This document shows, piece after piece, positions 1-7,493 of a stretch of 44,379 bases of DNA (positions are counted from its first letter, which is position 1; each line of letters opens with the position of its first letter). The stretch comes from a virus: the IMG/VR virus record IMGVR_UViG_3300045988_028516, positions 1-44,379 of that record; one strand, written 5' to 3'. The notes under the pieces were generated by a model. The model was not told where the DNA came from and did no database searches. It saw only the letters and a program-made list of their open reading frames with translations. A program made the position numbers and the translations under genes.

Positions 1-180
1 GACCGTAAGGTTGTCCGGCAAAGATGTGATCTGCGTGCCGCGCAGGTCGAGACTGTCGCCGACCGTAAGGTTGTCCGGCAAAGATGTGATCTGCGTGCTG
101 CGCAGGTAGAGACTGCCGCCGACCGTAAGGTTGTCCGGCAAAGACGTGATCTGCGTGCCGCTCAGGTCGAGATCGCCGCC
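1..180. repeat. Three tandem 60-bp coding repeats (the array continues at 44230..44379)
   Basis: Units 1..60, 61..120 and 121..180 differ at only a few bases. Each encodes one 20-aa repeat. Confidence 0.95.
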
Positions 181-237
181 GTTGTTCTTCATAATATCTT
201 CCGCCTGTTTAAGCGAAAGCTTCCCTTTGAGTACCAT
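1..237 (-). CDS. LRR-like 20-aa-repeat protein, N-terminal part (continues at 43767..44324 if circular)
   Basis: ATG at 237 follows the purine tract GGAAAGGAAG. Translation is MVLKGKLSLKQAEDIMKNN followed by three (G)GxLxLxGTQITSLPDNLTV repeats. The frame is open to base 1 and in phase with ORF 43767..44345. Confidence 0.75.
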   Translation of the reverse strand, partial: MVLKGKLSLKQAEDIMKNNGGDLDLSGTQITSLPDNLTVGGSLYLRSTQITSLPDNLTVGDSLDLRGTQITSLPDNLTV

Positions 238-252
238 TGTTTTCTTCCTTTC

Positions 253-462
253 CTACCGCTTTACCATCCACCGCGCCAATTCGGTAATCGGCACGGAGTA
301 TTTGCTACCGACTTTCTTTGCGGGAAAGCTCCTGTCGGCAAGGAGCGTTCTCCGGTCGAGTTTCAGCGCGGCTTCACATTCAGTGATTTTCAGCGCCGCG
401 CGATTTGGGAAAAACTCTGTCAGCAATTCAAGCTGCTGGCGGTATCCTTCCGGCTCTCTCAT
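253..462 (-). CDS. Small excisionase/MerR-type HTH DNA-binding protein (putative)
   Basis: 69-aa ORF. KITECEAALKLDRRTLL...SVPITELARWMVKR resembles the HTH_17/excisionase-type pattern. It lies in the early operon after the Cro-like gene. Confidence 0.55.
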   Translation of the reverse strand: MREPEGYRQQLELLTEFFPNRAALKITECEAALKLDRRTLLADRSFPAKKVGSKYSVPITELARWMVKR

Positions 463-495
463 TTCGATACCCCCCCTCTGGCAGAGCCACCATAC

Positions 496-705
496 TCACA
501 AGAGCGGGCGGACAAGAATCGTTTTGTAATCTATACTGTGATTCGTGTCCTCTCCGCAGTCAAAGTCGTAGTAGCCTCTGGGTCCGTCCTCTCCCTTACG
601 CAACGGTCTGCACCGACCGCATACGCAGTGGAATACGCCTTTCGCATCTCGCCCGCAATCGCGACCACAGATTTGGTATGCGTAGTCTATGAACGGCTCT
701 CTCAT
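496..705 (-). CDS. Hypothetical Cys-rich small protein
   Basis: 69-aa ORF whose start overlaps the stop of the upstream gene. Several CxxC-like pairs. Confidence 0.5.
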   Translation of the reverse strand: MREPFIDYAYQICGRDCGRDAKGVFHCVCGRCRPLRKGEDGPRGYYDFDCGEDTNHSIDYKTILVRPLL

Positions 706-911
706 TTCGAGCCCTCCTTTTCGGAACGGCTACGAATGATTGCTGTAACCGCAGATTCAAGCCGTTCCCGCGCCTTTGGCGGCTTTCTTGCCCCGTTCAG
801 AATCATGGAAAGATAGCCTTTCGTGATTCCAAGCTCAGAAGCAAGCTCCGCGTATGTGACGCGCTCATTGTGCATCTTCCCGATCAGTGCGCCTGTCCAT
901 TTTTCAGGCAT
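702..911 (-). CDS. Cro-like XRE-family HTH regulator
   Basis: VTYAELASELGITKGYLSMILNG is an HTH motif. The SD is GGAGGCGAACAC before the ATG. It is the first gene of the leftward early operon and is divergent from the CI-like gene. Confidence 0.75.
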   Translation of the reverse strand: MPEKWTGALIGKMHNERVTYAELASELGITKGYLSMILNGARKPPKARERLESAVTAIIRSRSEKEGSK

Positions 912-1223
912 GTGTTCGCCTCCAATCTGTTAAAAATGTTGACTGCGGTATGGACTTCTGGTACACTTTGCTTTGTCGGAAGGAAGAAACGGGCAGCAGA
1001 CCTTTTTGAAAGGAGGTTCCCGTTTTGCCCAAGAATTCCGTTCGGACGTCGCGCAAAGTGGCGTCCAAAGCGGCGAGAACGCTTCGTTGCCGAAAGTCCT
1101 CAAAGACAAGCAAGCAACTTGCGGGCTCGGCGCTTTCAAACCGGCGGAAGTAACCGCCAGCCGCTCCGTGCCACCAGCGCGGGGCGGCTTTCCCATGCCG
1201 CAGTCAACTCTGAAAATTTATGG

Positions 1224-1252
1224 TTGAATTTGTTTACAGTTTGTGCTAATAT
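1224..1252 (+). promoter_or_regulatory. Sigma-70-like promoter facing the CI-like gene
   Basis: TTGAAT, 17 nt, TAATAT, with a TGc extended -10. Confidence 0.5.
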
Positions 1253-1314
1253 GTAATTGCGAGGTACATAATAGCTTTTGACACGGGCGGGTTTTGCCGG
1301 GGTCTTGTTTGTTG

Positions 1315-1391
1315 CAAACTTTTTCAACCACGTGACAATAATACATCAAACTTTTTCTACTGTCAATCGTATTATGCAAACTTTTTCTACT
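1315..1391. promoter_or_regulatory. Three operator-like direct repeats, CAAACTTTTTC(T/A)AC
   Basis: Copies at 1315..1328, 1347..1361 and 1377..1391, spaced 32 and 30 bp apart, between the divergent regulators. Confidence 0.55.
1338..1366 (-). promoter_or_regulatory. Sigma-70-like promoter facing the Cro-like early operon
   Basis: On the minus strand: TTGACA, 17 nt, TATTAT. Operator-like repeat copy B lies in the spacer. Confidence 0.55.
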
Positions 1392-1410
1392 TTGTAGAAT
1401 TGCACAATTT

Positions 1411-1776
1411 ATGAGGTGCATTATTGTGTTTTATGACAGTTTTGTGGCACTATGCGCCGCAAACTTAAAGAGCCCATCCGCTGTAGGGCGTGAACTCGGA
1501 ATCGACAAATCAACTGTTAGCTGTTGGAAGCGCAGAAAGGCGAATCCATCAGATGTAAACGCGAAGAAAATTGCCGACTATTTTGGCGTTTCTGTGGAAG
1601 ACCTGATGGGGGACAACATAAGGAATGAGGCCGAAGAAAAAGAGGCCGCCAATACAGGCGACCTCTCAGATGCAGAGCTGAAGCTTATAGAGCTTTTCAG
1701 AAAACTTCCTGCCGAAACACAGAGTTCTTTTCCGGCTCTGCTTGAAGCGACATTAAAAGCTCAAGGGCTACTCTGA
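1411..1776 (+). CDS. CI-like XRE-family repressor (no peptidase domain)
   Basis: SPSAVGRELGIDKSTVSCWKRRKANPSDVNAKKIADYFGVSVEDLMG is an HTH_XRE pattern. The true start is probably GTG 1426, 7 nt after GAGGTG. Confidence 0.8.
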   Translation: MRCIIVFYDSFVALCAANLKSPSAVGRELGIDKSTVSCWKRRKANPSDVNAKKIADYFGVSVEDLMGDNIRNEAEEKEAANTGDLSDAELKLIELFRKLPAETQSSFPALLEATLKAQGLL

Positions 1777-1881
1777 CGGCGGCTTCTTTGTCTTTCGACA
1801 CGCGTATTACTTCCATCATCTTGCGTTCATATTCGTTCATTTCCTCACTCCTACAATTTATTTGAAAAAGGTGGCGATGCT

Positions 1882-2580
1882 GTGTACGTTGTTACATGCC
1901 CAAGATGCGGGACTCAGTTTGACGAGAACTTACACAAATGTCCTACGTGTCAACTGAAAAACAGGAAAGCGGTATGCAAGACATGCGGTTCTCAAATTAG
2001 CGCAGATTCCAAGGTTTGTTTGTATTGCGGTGCGAAACGCAGGCCGAAAATGACTACCGGGAAAATATTAGGAATCTGTGCTCTGGTGTTTGTCGTTCTT
2101 CTAATTGAGATTCCTTTAATATCAGCGATTTTTGGCAGTGTGTCTGACAGCAGCGGAGACAGACACGAAAGCGCCAGCTCCGGTTCTTCCTTCGTTTCGG
2201 AGGACGAGCCTCAAGAGAAGACGCCGGAAGAAGAACGCGCAGAATACATTGCAAGCTGTGAGACGTTCCCGTACATGGATGTATCGAGATACCCCGACAG
2301 TTACGAAGGGAGGCCGTGCGTCATCTCCGGAACTGTCATTCAGGTGTCGGAAAGTTTCATAGACTTGTTCAACACGAGAACCGTTGACCTTAGAGTAGAG
2401 ACGCAAGAAGGAATATGGTATGTATCATACAATCGCCCGGAGGGTGGAAGCCGAATCCTTGAGGGAGACGAGGCCACCTTCTACGGAGAATGCGATGGCG
2501 TAACGACATACATTGCAATCATGGGAAACTCAGTGACAATACCAAAACTCACGCTGGAGTATTTTGAGCTGTCAGAGTAA
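1882..2580 (+). CDS. Zinc-ribbon membrane protein with an extracytoplasmic C-terminal domain
   Basis: GTG start after AAGGTGG. Two CPxCG/CxxCG zinc-ribbon pairs, one TM helix (ILGICALVFVVLLIEIPLISAIFG), and an acidic Ser-rich linker. Confidence 0.7.
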   Translation: MYVVTCPRCGTQFDENLHKCPTCQLKNRKAVCKTCGSQISADSKVCLYCGAKRRPKMTTGKILGICALVFVVLLIEIPLISAIFGSVSDSSGDRHESASSGSSFVSEDEPQEKTPEEERAEYIASCETFPYMDVSRYPDSYEGRPCVISGTVIQVSESFIDLFNTRTVDLRVETQEGIWYVSYNRPEGGSRILEGDEATFYGECDGVTTYIAIMGNSVTIPKLTLEYFELSE

Positions 2581-2645
2581 AGAGGATCGTTAATCCAATT
2601 TCTATTTCCTTTTCGCAAGGCCTGAAATTCCTCGGAGGTGTTTTA

Positions 2646-2855
2646 ATGCAGCGTGACTATAATGATTTTTTGGCGCACCTGACCAAGCACTTGCCCGAAA
2701 TGCAGTACGACATTTCGCGAAACATGCAATCTGCAAGTGCGGATGGTATGACACTATCGAAGGAAGATTTGCAGGTCGTTACGCAGGTTGCCCTTCAAGC
2801 GGCGTGTTCTGCGCTCCGGCAGTATCACAACTGGATTCATGAGAAAGCGACCTGA
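2646..2855 (+). CDS. Hypothetical protein
   Basis: 69-aa ORF with SD GGAGGTG 5 nt before the ATG. Confidence 0.55.
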   Translation: MQRDYNDFLAHLTKHLPEMQYDISRNMQSASADGMTLSKEDLQVVTQVALQAACSALRQYHNWIHEKAT

Positions 2856-3320
2856 TCGCGAGTTCGACGCCATTTGAAACAGCCTGTAAAATTTCCTTTT
2901 CAGACAACATGGGAATATCTCCTTTCGCAGCAATGGATTTTTTCTGGATCTGTTTATATATCTAATAATAGAACCTATGTTCCAATAAGTCAACTCGCGT
3001 GATGCACAAAAACCGATGCGTGAACTCTACGTCGCAAAACACGAAAAGTCCGATTTTTCGGACAGTGTATGTGATAAAATCACAACGGGAATATTTTTTA
3101 GAAAGAAGCTGGTGCTATGAATGATGTTTCTCCCCGTGCCAGCGAAAAACACTGACACGGGGATTTTCATGCAAGCGATTGGGAGCGCTTTGCATGTATC
3201 TATCGTATCAAGTGGCAGAAGATATTACCATGAGCAGAGTTGAGAAAGCGCCGCCATTTGTGCGAAACCGTTTACTCAGCTTTGCTATTTTTATTCAAAA
3301 ATGCGTATGGAGGCGTTAAT

Positions 3321-3914
3321 GTGCAGAATTCGTTGCAAAAACTATCGCCGTACATAGACGATTTTCAGTGCAGAATACGGCGAGAAAAGGACGCGAAGGG
3401 ATTTACCATCAATACACTGGCTGACGCGGCGGGCGTGCCCGTTACAGCCGTCGGGAGAATAAATGCAGGCACACAGACGGATGTAAAACTAGCCTACGCA
3501 GCGGCGCTCTGTGACGCTCTGGGGCTGTCCCTCGATAAACTAACAGGACTATCGACACCGACCGGAAACGAGCCGGAATTACTGGAAAAGGCGCATCGGC
3601 TCGAACTTGAGAACACAGAACTCGCCGGAGAAAACACACGCCTGCAAAGTGAAGTAGAACATCAAGCAGAAAAGGCCGCGTTGCTGCAAGCTCAGCTCAC
3701 AACACGTCGGCCTGTTATTTATACACTTTTATGCTCATGCGCGGTCATGGCGTTCGCGCTTCTGGTTTATATCATCCTCGACATTCGTGTTCCAGACGTC
3801 GGGCTGATCGTGCATGGCGACGTCAGCACGGCGGCGTGGATCGTTATCGGCATGATCGTAGCGGCGAGCGGAATCATCGCATGGTCTTTAGTCAAAACAA
3901 TTAGGAGGAGATAA
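3321..3914 (+). CDS. Membrane-anchored XRE-type HTH protein (HTH, coiled coil, two TM helices)
   Basis: GTG 3321 lies 8 nt after GGAGG. The HTH is GFTINTLADAAGVPVTAVGRINAG. There is a heptad-like ELENTELAGENTRLQSEVE segment and two C-terminal hydrophobic helices. Confidence 0.7.
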   Translation: MQNSLQKLSPYIDDFQCRIRREKDAKGFTINTLADAAGVPVTAVGRINAGTQTDVKLAYAAALCDALGLSLDKLTGLSTPTGNEPELLEKAHRLELENTELAGENTRLQSEVEHQAEKAALLQAQLTTRRPVIYTLLCSCAVMAFALLVYIILDIRVPDVGLIVHGDVSTAAWIVIGMIVAASGIIAWSLVKTIRRR

Positions 3915-4936
3915 TGGCGATTCCGAAATATTATGTTCGCCCTGACGGGCTTCATGAGTCTATCATCACGATAAACGGTAAGCGGAAAGCATTCAGAGGA
4001 AAAACAGACCGTGAAGTGTGGACAAAAATCAAGAACTACAAAGCAGAGGCAGAAAGCGGAAGGACGGACACCTTTGAGAACGTCGCGCACGATTGGTGGT
4101 GCGAGATCGAGCCGACGCTTGCGCCGAACTCCTTGCGAAACTACTCCCCAGCATACGAACGTGCAGTGTCCGAGTTCGGGAAAGCGGACGTTGCGAAGAT
4201 CACAGCGAAGGAAATCGAAAAGTACATAAACCGTTTTGCGAAAACGTATGCGAAAAAGACGGTCATCACCCAGCGGCAAATCATTCGGCAGATCATGAAC
4301 AAAGCCCAGCGTGAAGGATACATACAGTACAATCCAGCGGAGGCTGTCTTGCTCCCGAAAAACCTACCTCAGAAAAAGCGGCACGCACCAACACAGGATC
4401 AAATTCAGAAGATAAAGGACAGCGTAAATGACGAGTTCGGCCTTTTTGCTTTTCTGATTTATTATACCGGCTGCCGCCGAGGTGAAGCGCAAGGACTTAT
4501 GTTTGAGGACATTGACCGGAAGAAAAAGAGAATTCGCATCCAGCGAAGCGTATATAACACCGGGCCGAAGCCACAAATCAAGCTCCCGAAGACAGAGGCC
4601 GGAATTCGTTCTGTGCCATTATTATCCGCGTTGGAAGATATACTACCAGATAAAAAGCATGGGTACATTTTTTCCCCGGACGGCGGCGCATCGCCATTCC
4701 CCGGATGGAAACTGGATGATTTATACGCCGGATACAAAATGAGGACCGGAGTTACCGCATCGCCGCACGTAATCCGGCACGGCTACGCTTCAGCGCTTTA
4801 CGAGGCGGGCGTTGACTGGAAAACGATGCAGCAACTTCTTGGACACGCGCAACTCGCAACCACGATGGACACGTATGCAGAGATTTTTGACAAGCGCATT
4901 GACGAAGCAGCCGACCAGATGAATGCAAGATTCTAG
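3914..4936 (+). CDS. int: Tyrosine recombinase / phage integrase
   Basis: C-terminal catalytic pattern: GCRRGEA, HVIRHGYASALYEAGV, LLGHAQLATTMDTYAE. The ATG overlaps the upstream stop and follows GGAGGAG. Confidence 0.92.
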   Translation: MAIPKYYVRPDGLHESIITINGKRKAFRGKTDREVWTKIKNYKAEAESGRTDTFENVAHDWWCEIEPTLAPNSLRNYSPAYERAVSEFGKADVAKITAKEIEKYINRFAKTYAKKTVITQRQIIRQIMNKAQREGYIQYNPAEAVLLPKNLPQKKRHAPTQDQIQKIKDSVNDEFGLFAFLIYYTGCRRGEAQGLMFEDIDRKKKRIRIQRSVYNTGPKPQIKLPKTEAGIRSVPLLSALEDILPDKKHGYIFSPDGGASPFPGWKLDDLYAGYKMRTGVTASPHVIRHGYASALYEAGVDWKTMQQLLGHAQLATTMDTYAEIFDKRIDEAADQMNARF

Positions 4937-4943
4937 GAGATAA

Positions 4944-4966
4944 TTACTGTGTTCATTCTGTGTTCA
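4944..4966. repeat. Putative integrase arm-type site (left copy of a 23-bp direct repeat)
   Basis: TTACTGTGTTCATTCTGTGTTCA matches 5185..5207 at 22 of 23 positions. Confidence 0.5.
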
Positions 4967-5080
4967 CACTAATGTATTTTAGTGCTAGTTTATGCTATGT
5001 TTTGTGAAAAGCAAATTAGAGATAAAAATTTGTTGTTTTAATATTTATCACATTTTATTTGCGTTTTATGCTCAAAATAA

Positions 5081-5123
5081 ATAAAAAAGAAGCGTCGGGG
5101 TTTGATTTCCGATGCTTCTTTGT
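5081..5123 (-). terminator. Rho-independent terminator (roughly bidirectional) ending the 5227..6576 cassette
   Basis: Stem AGAAGCGTCGG / CCGATGCTTCT with one G.U pair. It is flanked by an A-run on the plus strand (a U-run on the minus strand) and by TTTGT. Confidence 0.6.
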
Positions 5124-5124
5124 A

Positions 5125-5153
5125 TGGTGGACCTGAAGAGACTCGAACTCTGA
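5125..5153 (-). other. tRNA 3'-end fragment (T-arm, acceptor 3' strand, CCA); candidate attP core
   Basis: The reverse complement reads AGAGTTCGAGTCTCTTCAGGTCCACCA. The sequence upstream does not complete a cloverleaf. Confidence 0.5.
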
Positions 5154-5184
5154 TAAGATTACCTATTATCAGTGCATGTAAGGC

Positions 5185-5207
5185 TTACTGTGTTTATTCT
5201 GTGTTCA
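5185..5207. repeat. Putative integrase arm-type site (right copy)
   Basis: TTACTGTGTTTATTCTGTGTTCA. Confidence 0.5.
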
Positions 5208-5226
5208 AACGTCACTCCCTGTGTTT

Positions 5227-5688
5227 TCAGCGCTCCACGATCCCCCTATAATATGCGCACAGTTTTTCCTCCGGGCCGGGGCCGTCCTTGTCCGTCAGAA
5301 ACGCCTCTGCCAAGGCGGCGTAAAACTCCGGGCGGTTCACTCCGAAGTCCACGGCCACACCGTAGTAATCGGAGTACATCATGTTCATCGCCACGCCCCA
5401 CGCCCAGCGGGGGACGTCGCGCCCGATGCCGCGCGCATCCGCCACGGCAGACGTTTGGTCCATCGTCCAGTGCGGGCCGGTCGAACCGTCGGCATTCTCC
5501 ATCTTCGCCGCCCATTCCTCCGCGTCCTCGCGCGTCAGCCCATCGCAGGCTCCGTGCCGCCTTTCCAGCTTTTCCAGCGCACGGATTGTGCCAGCGTATA
5601 CACCGGCCTCCTCGGCGCGGCAGAGCGTCACAGGGCGCTCCGTGACGGCCTCCAGCTCCTTGTACAGCTTTTCGATATACTCTCTCAT
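5227..5688 (-). CDS. Hypothetical protein (cargo cassette gene 3)
   Basis: ATG 5688 lies 6 nt after AGGAGG. 153 aa beginning MREYIEKLYKEL, with a Trp/Tyr-rich core WAWGVAMNMMYSDYYG. Confidence 0.65.
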   Translation of the reverse strand: MREYIEKLYKELEAVTERPVTLCRAEEAGVYAGTIRALEKLERRHGACDGLTREDAEEWAAKMENADGSTGPHWTMDQTSAVADARGIGRDVPRWAWGVAMNMMYSDYYGVAVDFGVNRPEFYAALAEAFLTDKDGPGPEEKLCAYYRGIVER

Positions 5689-5689
5689 G

Positions 5690-6028
5690 TCACGCCTCCT
5701 TGATGTATCTGTACAGCTTATCGAGATCGCCCACATCAAAGCGCAGTTCGCCGAGGATGGGCACGTTCACCGGCAGCTTCTGCCCGTCCATCTTCGGCCG
5801 GGCGGCATTGTACAGCCGGTCAATGTCGATGTTTCCTGACTCGTCCATAACGCCCATGAGCTGCACCGCCGGATGCTCGCGCAGCTTCATGAGGCGGTCT
5901 TTGCCGCCGTCCATGATAAGCGCCAGCGCAATGCCTGCGCCGATGCCCTTGCCGGTCGGCAGGTGCGGGATGACCTCGTTATCTGCAAACCGCATCGCGC
6001 CGCGCATGGCCTGATCGATCGTTACCAT
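5690..6028 (-). CDS. Hypothetical protein (cargo cassette gene 2)
   Basis: 112-aa ORF with SD GGAGGT 6 nt before the ATG. Confidence 0.6.
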   Translation of the reverse strand: MVTIDQAMRGAMRFADNEVIPHLPTGKGIGAGIALALIMDGGKDRLMKLREHPAVQLMGVMDESGNIDIDRLYNAARPKMDGQKLPVNVPILGELRFDVGDLDKLYRYIKEA

Positions 6029-6051
6029 AAGGATACCTCCATCTTATTTTT

Positions 6052-6075
6052 GGGGCGGCGCTTGCCGCCCCTTTT
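6052..6075 (+). other. GC-rich hairpin between cassette genes (terminator-like only in the plus orientation)
   Basis: GGGGCGGC gctt GCCGCCCC followed by TTTT on the plus strand. There is no U-tract on the minus strand. Confidence 0.4.
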
Positions 6076-6078
6076 GCA

Positions 6079-6576
6079 TTAAGTGGTCGCCGTTGCAGGC
6101 TCAACCGTCACTTTCGCCGCACCCCAGCCGGGGCACACGGAAGCGTTCGGCACGACGAGCTTCGTCAGCCCGAGCAGCTGATTCACCTGGTTCTGGATGC
6201 AGCCGATCGTCGCAGTGGTGGTGCCGTTGTACACGGCCTGCTGCATGTTGATCGCCACCTGCTCATCCTTGTTCGCGCGGACTTCTGCCGCCAGACCGAT
6301 CAGGCGGTTTTCGAGCTTGCTGTAGGACTCCGTGATCTTTCTGTTTGTTTCGTCCTGACCGCGCCAGTAGGAGATCTCCATGTCCTTCTCCGAGATGGTT
6401 TTCTGCTGGTTGAGCTCGTAGCGCGAGACCGGCGTGTTCTCGCTGCACACCGCCGCCGGGGCCATGCCCCAACCGCCGAGCAGGTTGCCAAGCCCACCGC
6501 CGAGTACGCCGAGGCCGGTTCCGATCGCGCCGAGCGTAACACCGAGATTGCCCTTGCCGTTACTTGCGTATTCCAT
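6079..6576 (-). CDS. Hypothetical protein with a Gly-rich hydrophobic N-terminus and a coiled-coil middle (cargo cassette gene 1)
   Basis: 165-aa ORF with SD GGAGGA 7 nt before the ATG. The N-terminus is GNLGVTLGAIGTGLGVLGGGLGNLLGGWG. Confidence 0.65.
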   Translation of the reverse strand: MEYASNGKGNLGVTLGAIGTGLGVLGGGLGNLLGGWGMAPAAVCSENTPVSRYELNQQKTISEKDMEISYWRGQDETNRKITESYSKLENRLIGLAAEVRANKDEQVAINMQQAVYNGTTTATIGCIQNQVNQLLGLTKLVVPNASVCPGWGAAKVTVEPATATT

Positions 6577-6745
6577 AAATAGTTCCTCCGAATCAAAAAG
6601 TAAGCTGGCCAGCTCCTATCCTCATTATGCGCCAGCCAGAAAATCTAAGGGATGCATTTGTGTGCGTTTGTGCTGTATTTGTGTGCGATTCCGATAAGTT
6701 ATATTTCCGTGTCGTTCCATGTCGTAAAAAAAGTTTCGATTCCGC

Positions 6746-6773
6746 TTGATTTTCATCTACAACATGCTATACT
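6746..6773 (+). promoter_or_regulatory. Promoter of the type III TA locus
   Basis: TTGATT, 16 nt, TGcTATACT (extended -10). Confidence 0.6.
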
Positions 6774-6835
6774 AAGGGTGCAGAGAGATCTGCATATATA
6801 AAGTGACGAACACTGCCTGTTCATCACCGCCCATC

Positions 6836-6909
6836 AAAGCGGAAAACCCTTGCCGTTAAGTAGGGAATGAAAAAAGCGGAAAACCCTTGCCGTTAAGTAG
6901 GGAATGAAA
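6836..6909 (+). ncRNA. ToxI/antiQ-like repeat RNA antitoxin (two abutting perfect 37-nt repeats)
   Basis: AAAGCGGAAAACCCTTGCCGTTAAGTAGGGAATGAAA at 6836..6872 and again at 6873..6909. It sits directly upstream of a terminator and a ToxN-family ORF. Confidence 0.7.
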
Positions 6910-6926
6910 AAATTGCATGGGCAATC

Positions 6927-6961
6927 AAAAGCGGGACGGCGTACACTGTCCCGCTTTTACT
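6927..6961 (+). terminator. Rho-independent terminator between the repeats and the toxin ORF
   Basis: AAAAGCGGGAC, 10-nt loop, GTCCCGCTTTT. Confidence 0.75.
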
Positions 6962-6980
6962 TTGCAAGAAAGGTCGAAAC

Positions 6981-7493
6981 ATGGAAAAACTGAGCATTTA
7001 CAGAATATCTGATAAATACATACATTTTTTGCACTCACGTGACAAACGCGTCCAGTTTAACAAGGACGCAAGAAGACCGTATGTCGGCGTCGTTTTGCTT
7101 GTCGGAGAATATCGATATTTTGTTCCAATGGAGTCTCCGAAGCCAAACCATGTTAGAATTAAGCCTGGAATTCACATATTCAAATTAGACGACGGAAAAC
7201 TCGGGATTCTTGGTTTCAACAACATGGTTCCCGTCCCTGATTGTGCCCTTATTAGATTTGATATTGATGACGAGACGGACGCCCAATACCGCGCACTTCT
7301 ATATAACCAGCTTGTCGAGATTGATCGCAACCGTGCTTCTATTTTCCAGAGATCCGCGAAAACGTATTTTGAGGTTGTCAACAAGAAAAACACATTTCTC
7401 TGTAATATCTCATGCGACTTTAAGACGCTCGAACGTGCCAGCAAGAGATATGATCCAAATTACATATGGAAGAACGCGAAGCCCGAGGCATAA
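6981..7493 (+). CDS. toxN: ToxN/AbiQ-family type III toxin (endoribonuclease)
   Basis: 170 aa. By eye it is collinear with ToxN/AbiQ: IYRISDKYIHFL, RPYVGVVLLVGEYRYFVPMESPKPNH, FKLDDGKLGILGFNNMVPV, YRALLYNQLVEI, CDFKTLE. Confidence 0.8.
   Translation: MEKLSIYRISDKYIHFLHSRDKRVQFNKDARRPYVGVVLLVGEYRYFVPMESPKPNHVRIKPGIHIFKLDDGKLGILGFNNMVPVPDCALIRFDIDDETDAQYRALLYNQLVEIDRNRASIFQRSAKTYFEVVNKKNTFLCNISCDFKTLERASKRYDPNYIWKNAKPEA

Noticed and set aside
1-180. Terminal repeats as phage DTRs or cos ends
   Set aside because: The repeated units are in-frame 60-bp coding repeats of one gene, present at both window ends. The 55-bp identity is best explained by a circular assembly overlap rather than physical terminal repeats, although only read data can decide.
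904-1227. ORFs in the switch leader (973..1227 plus strand, 84 aa; 904..1113 and 930..1196 minus strand)
   Set aside because: They have no SD, use non-ATG starts, have implausible composition, and overlap one another. The region is more likely an untranslated leader.
5125-5200. A complete tRNA gene at attP
   Set aside because: Only the 3' 27-29 nt (T arm, acceptor strand, CCA) are tRNA-like. The upstream part forms a 7-bp hairpin with a 9-nt loop and has no D arm or 5' acceptor strand. I treat it as a tRNA fragment (attP core).
5172-5839. Plus-strand ORFs of 152-160 aa across the cargo cassette
   Set aside because: They are Arg/Pro/Ser-rich shadow frames with no SD. The minus-strand ORFs have AGGAGG-type SDs at the correct spacing.
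6836-6909. Could the 37-nt repeats be a mini CRISPR array?
   Set aside because: There are only two copies, they abut directly with no spacer, and there is no cas gene. The context (promoter, terminator, ToxN-family ORF) fits a type III antitoxin instead.
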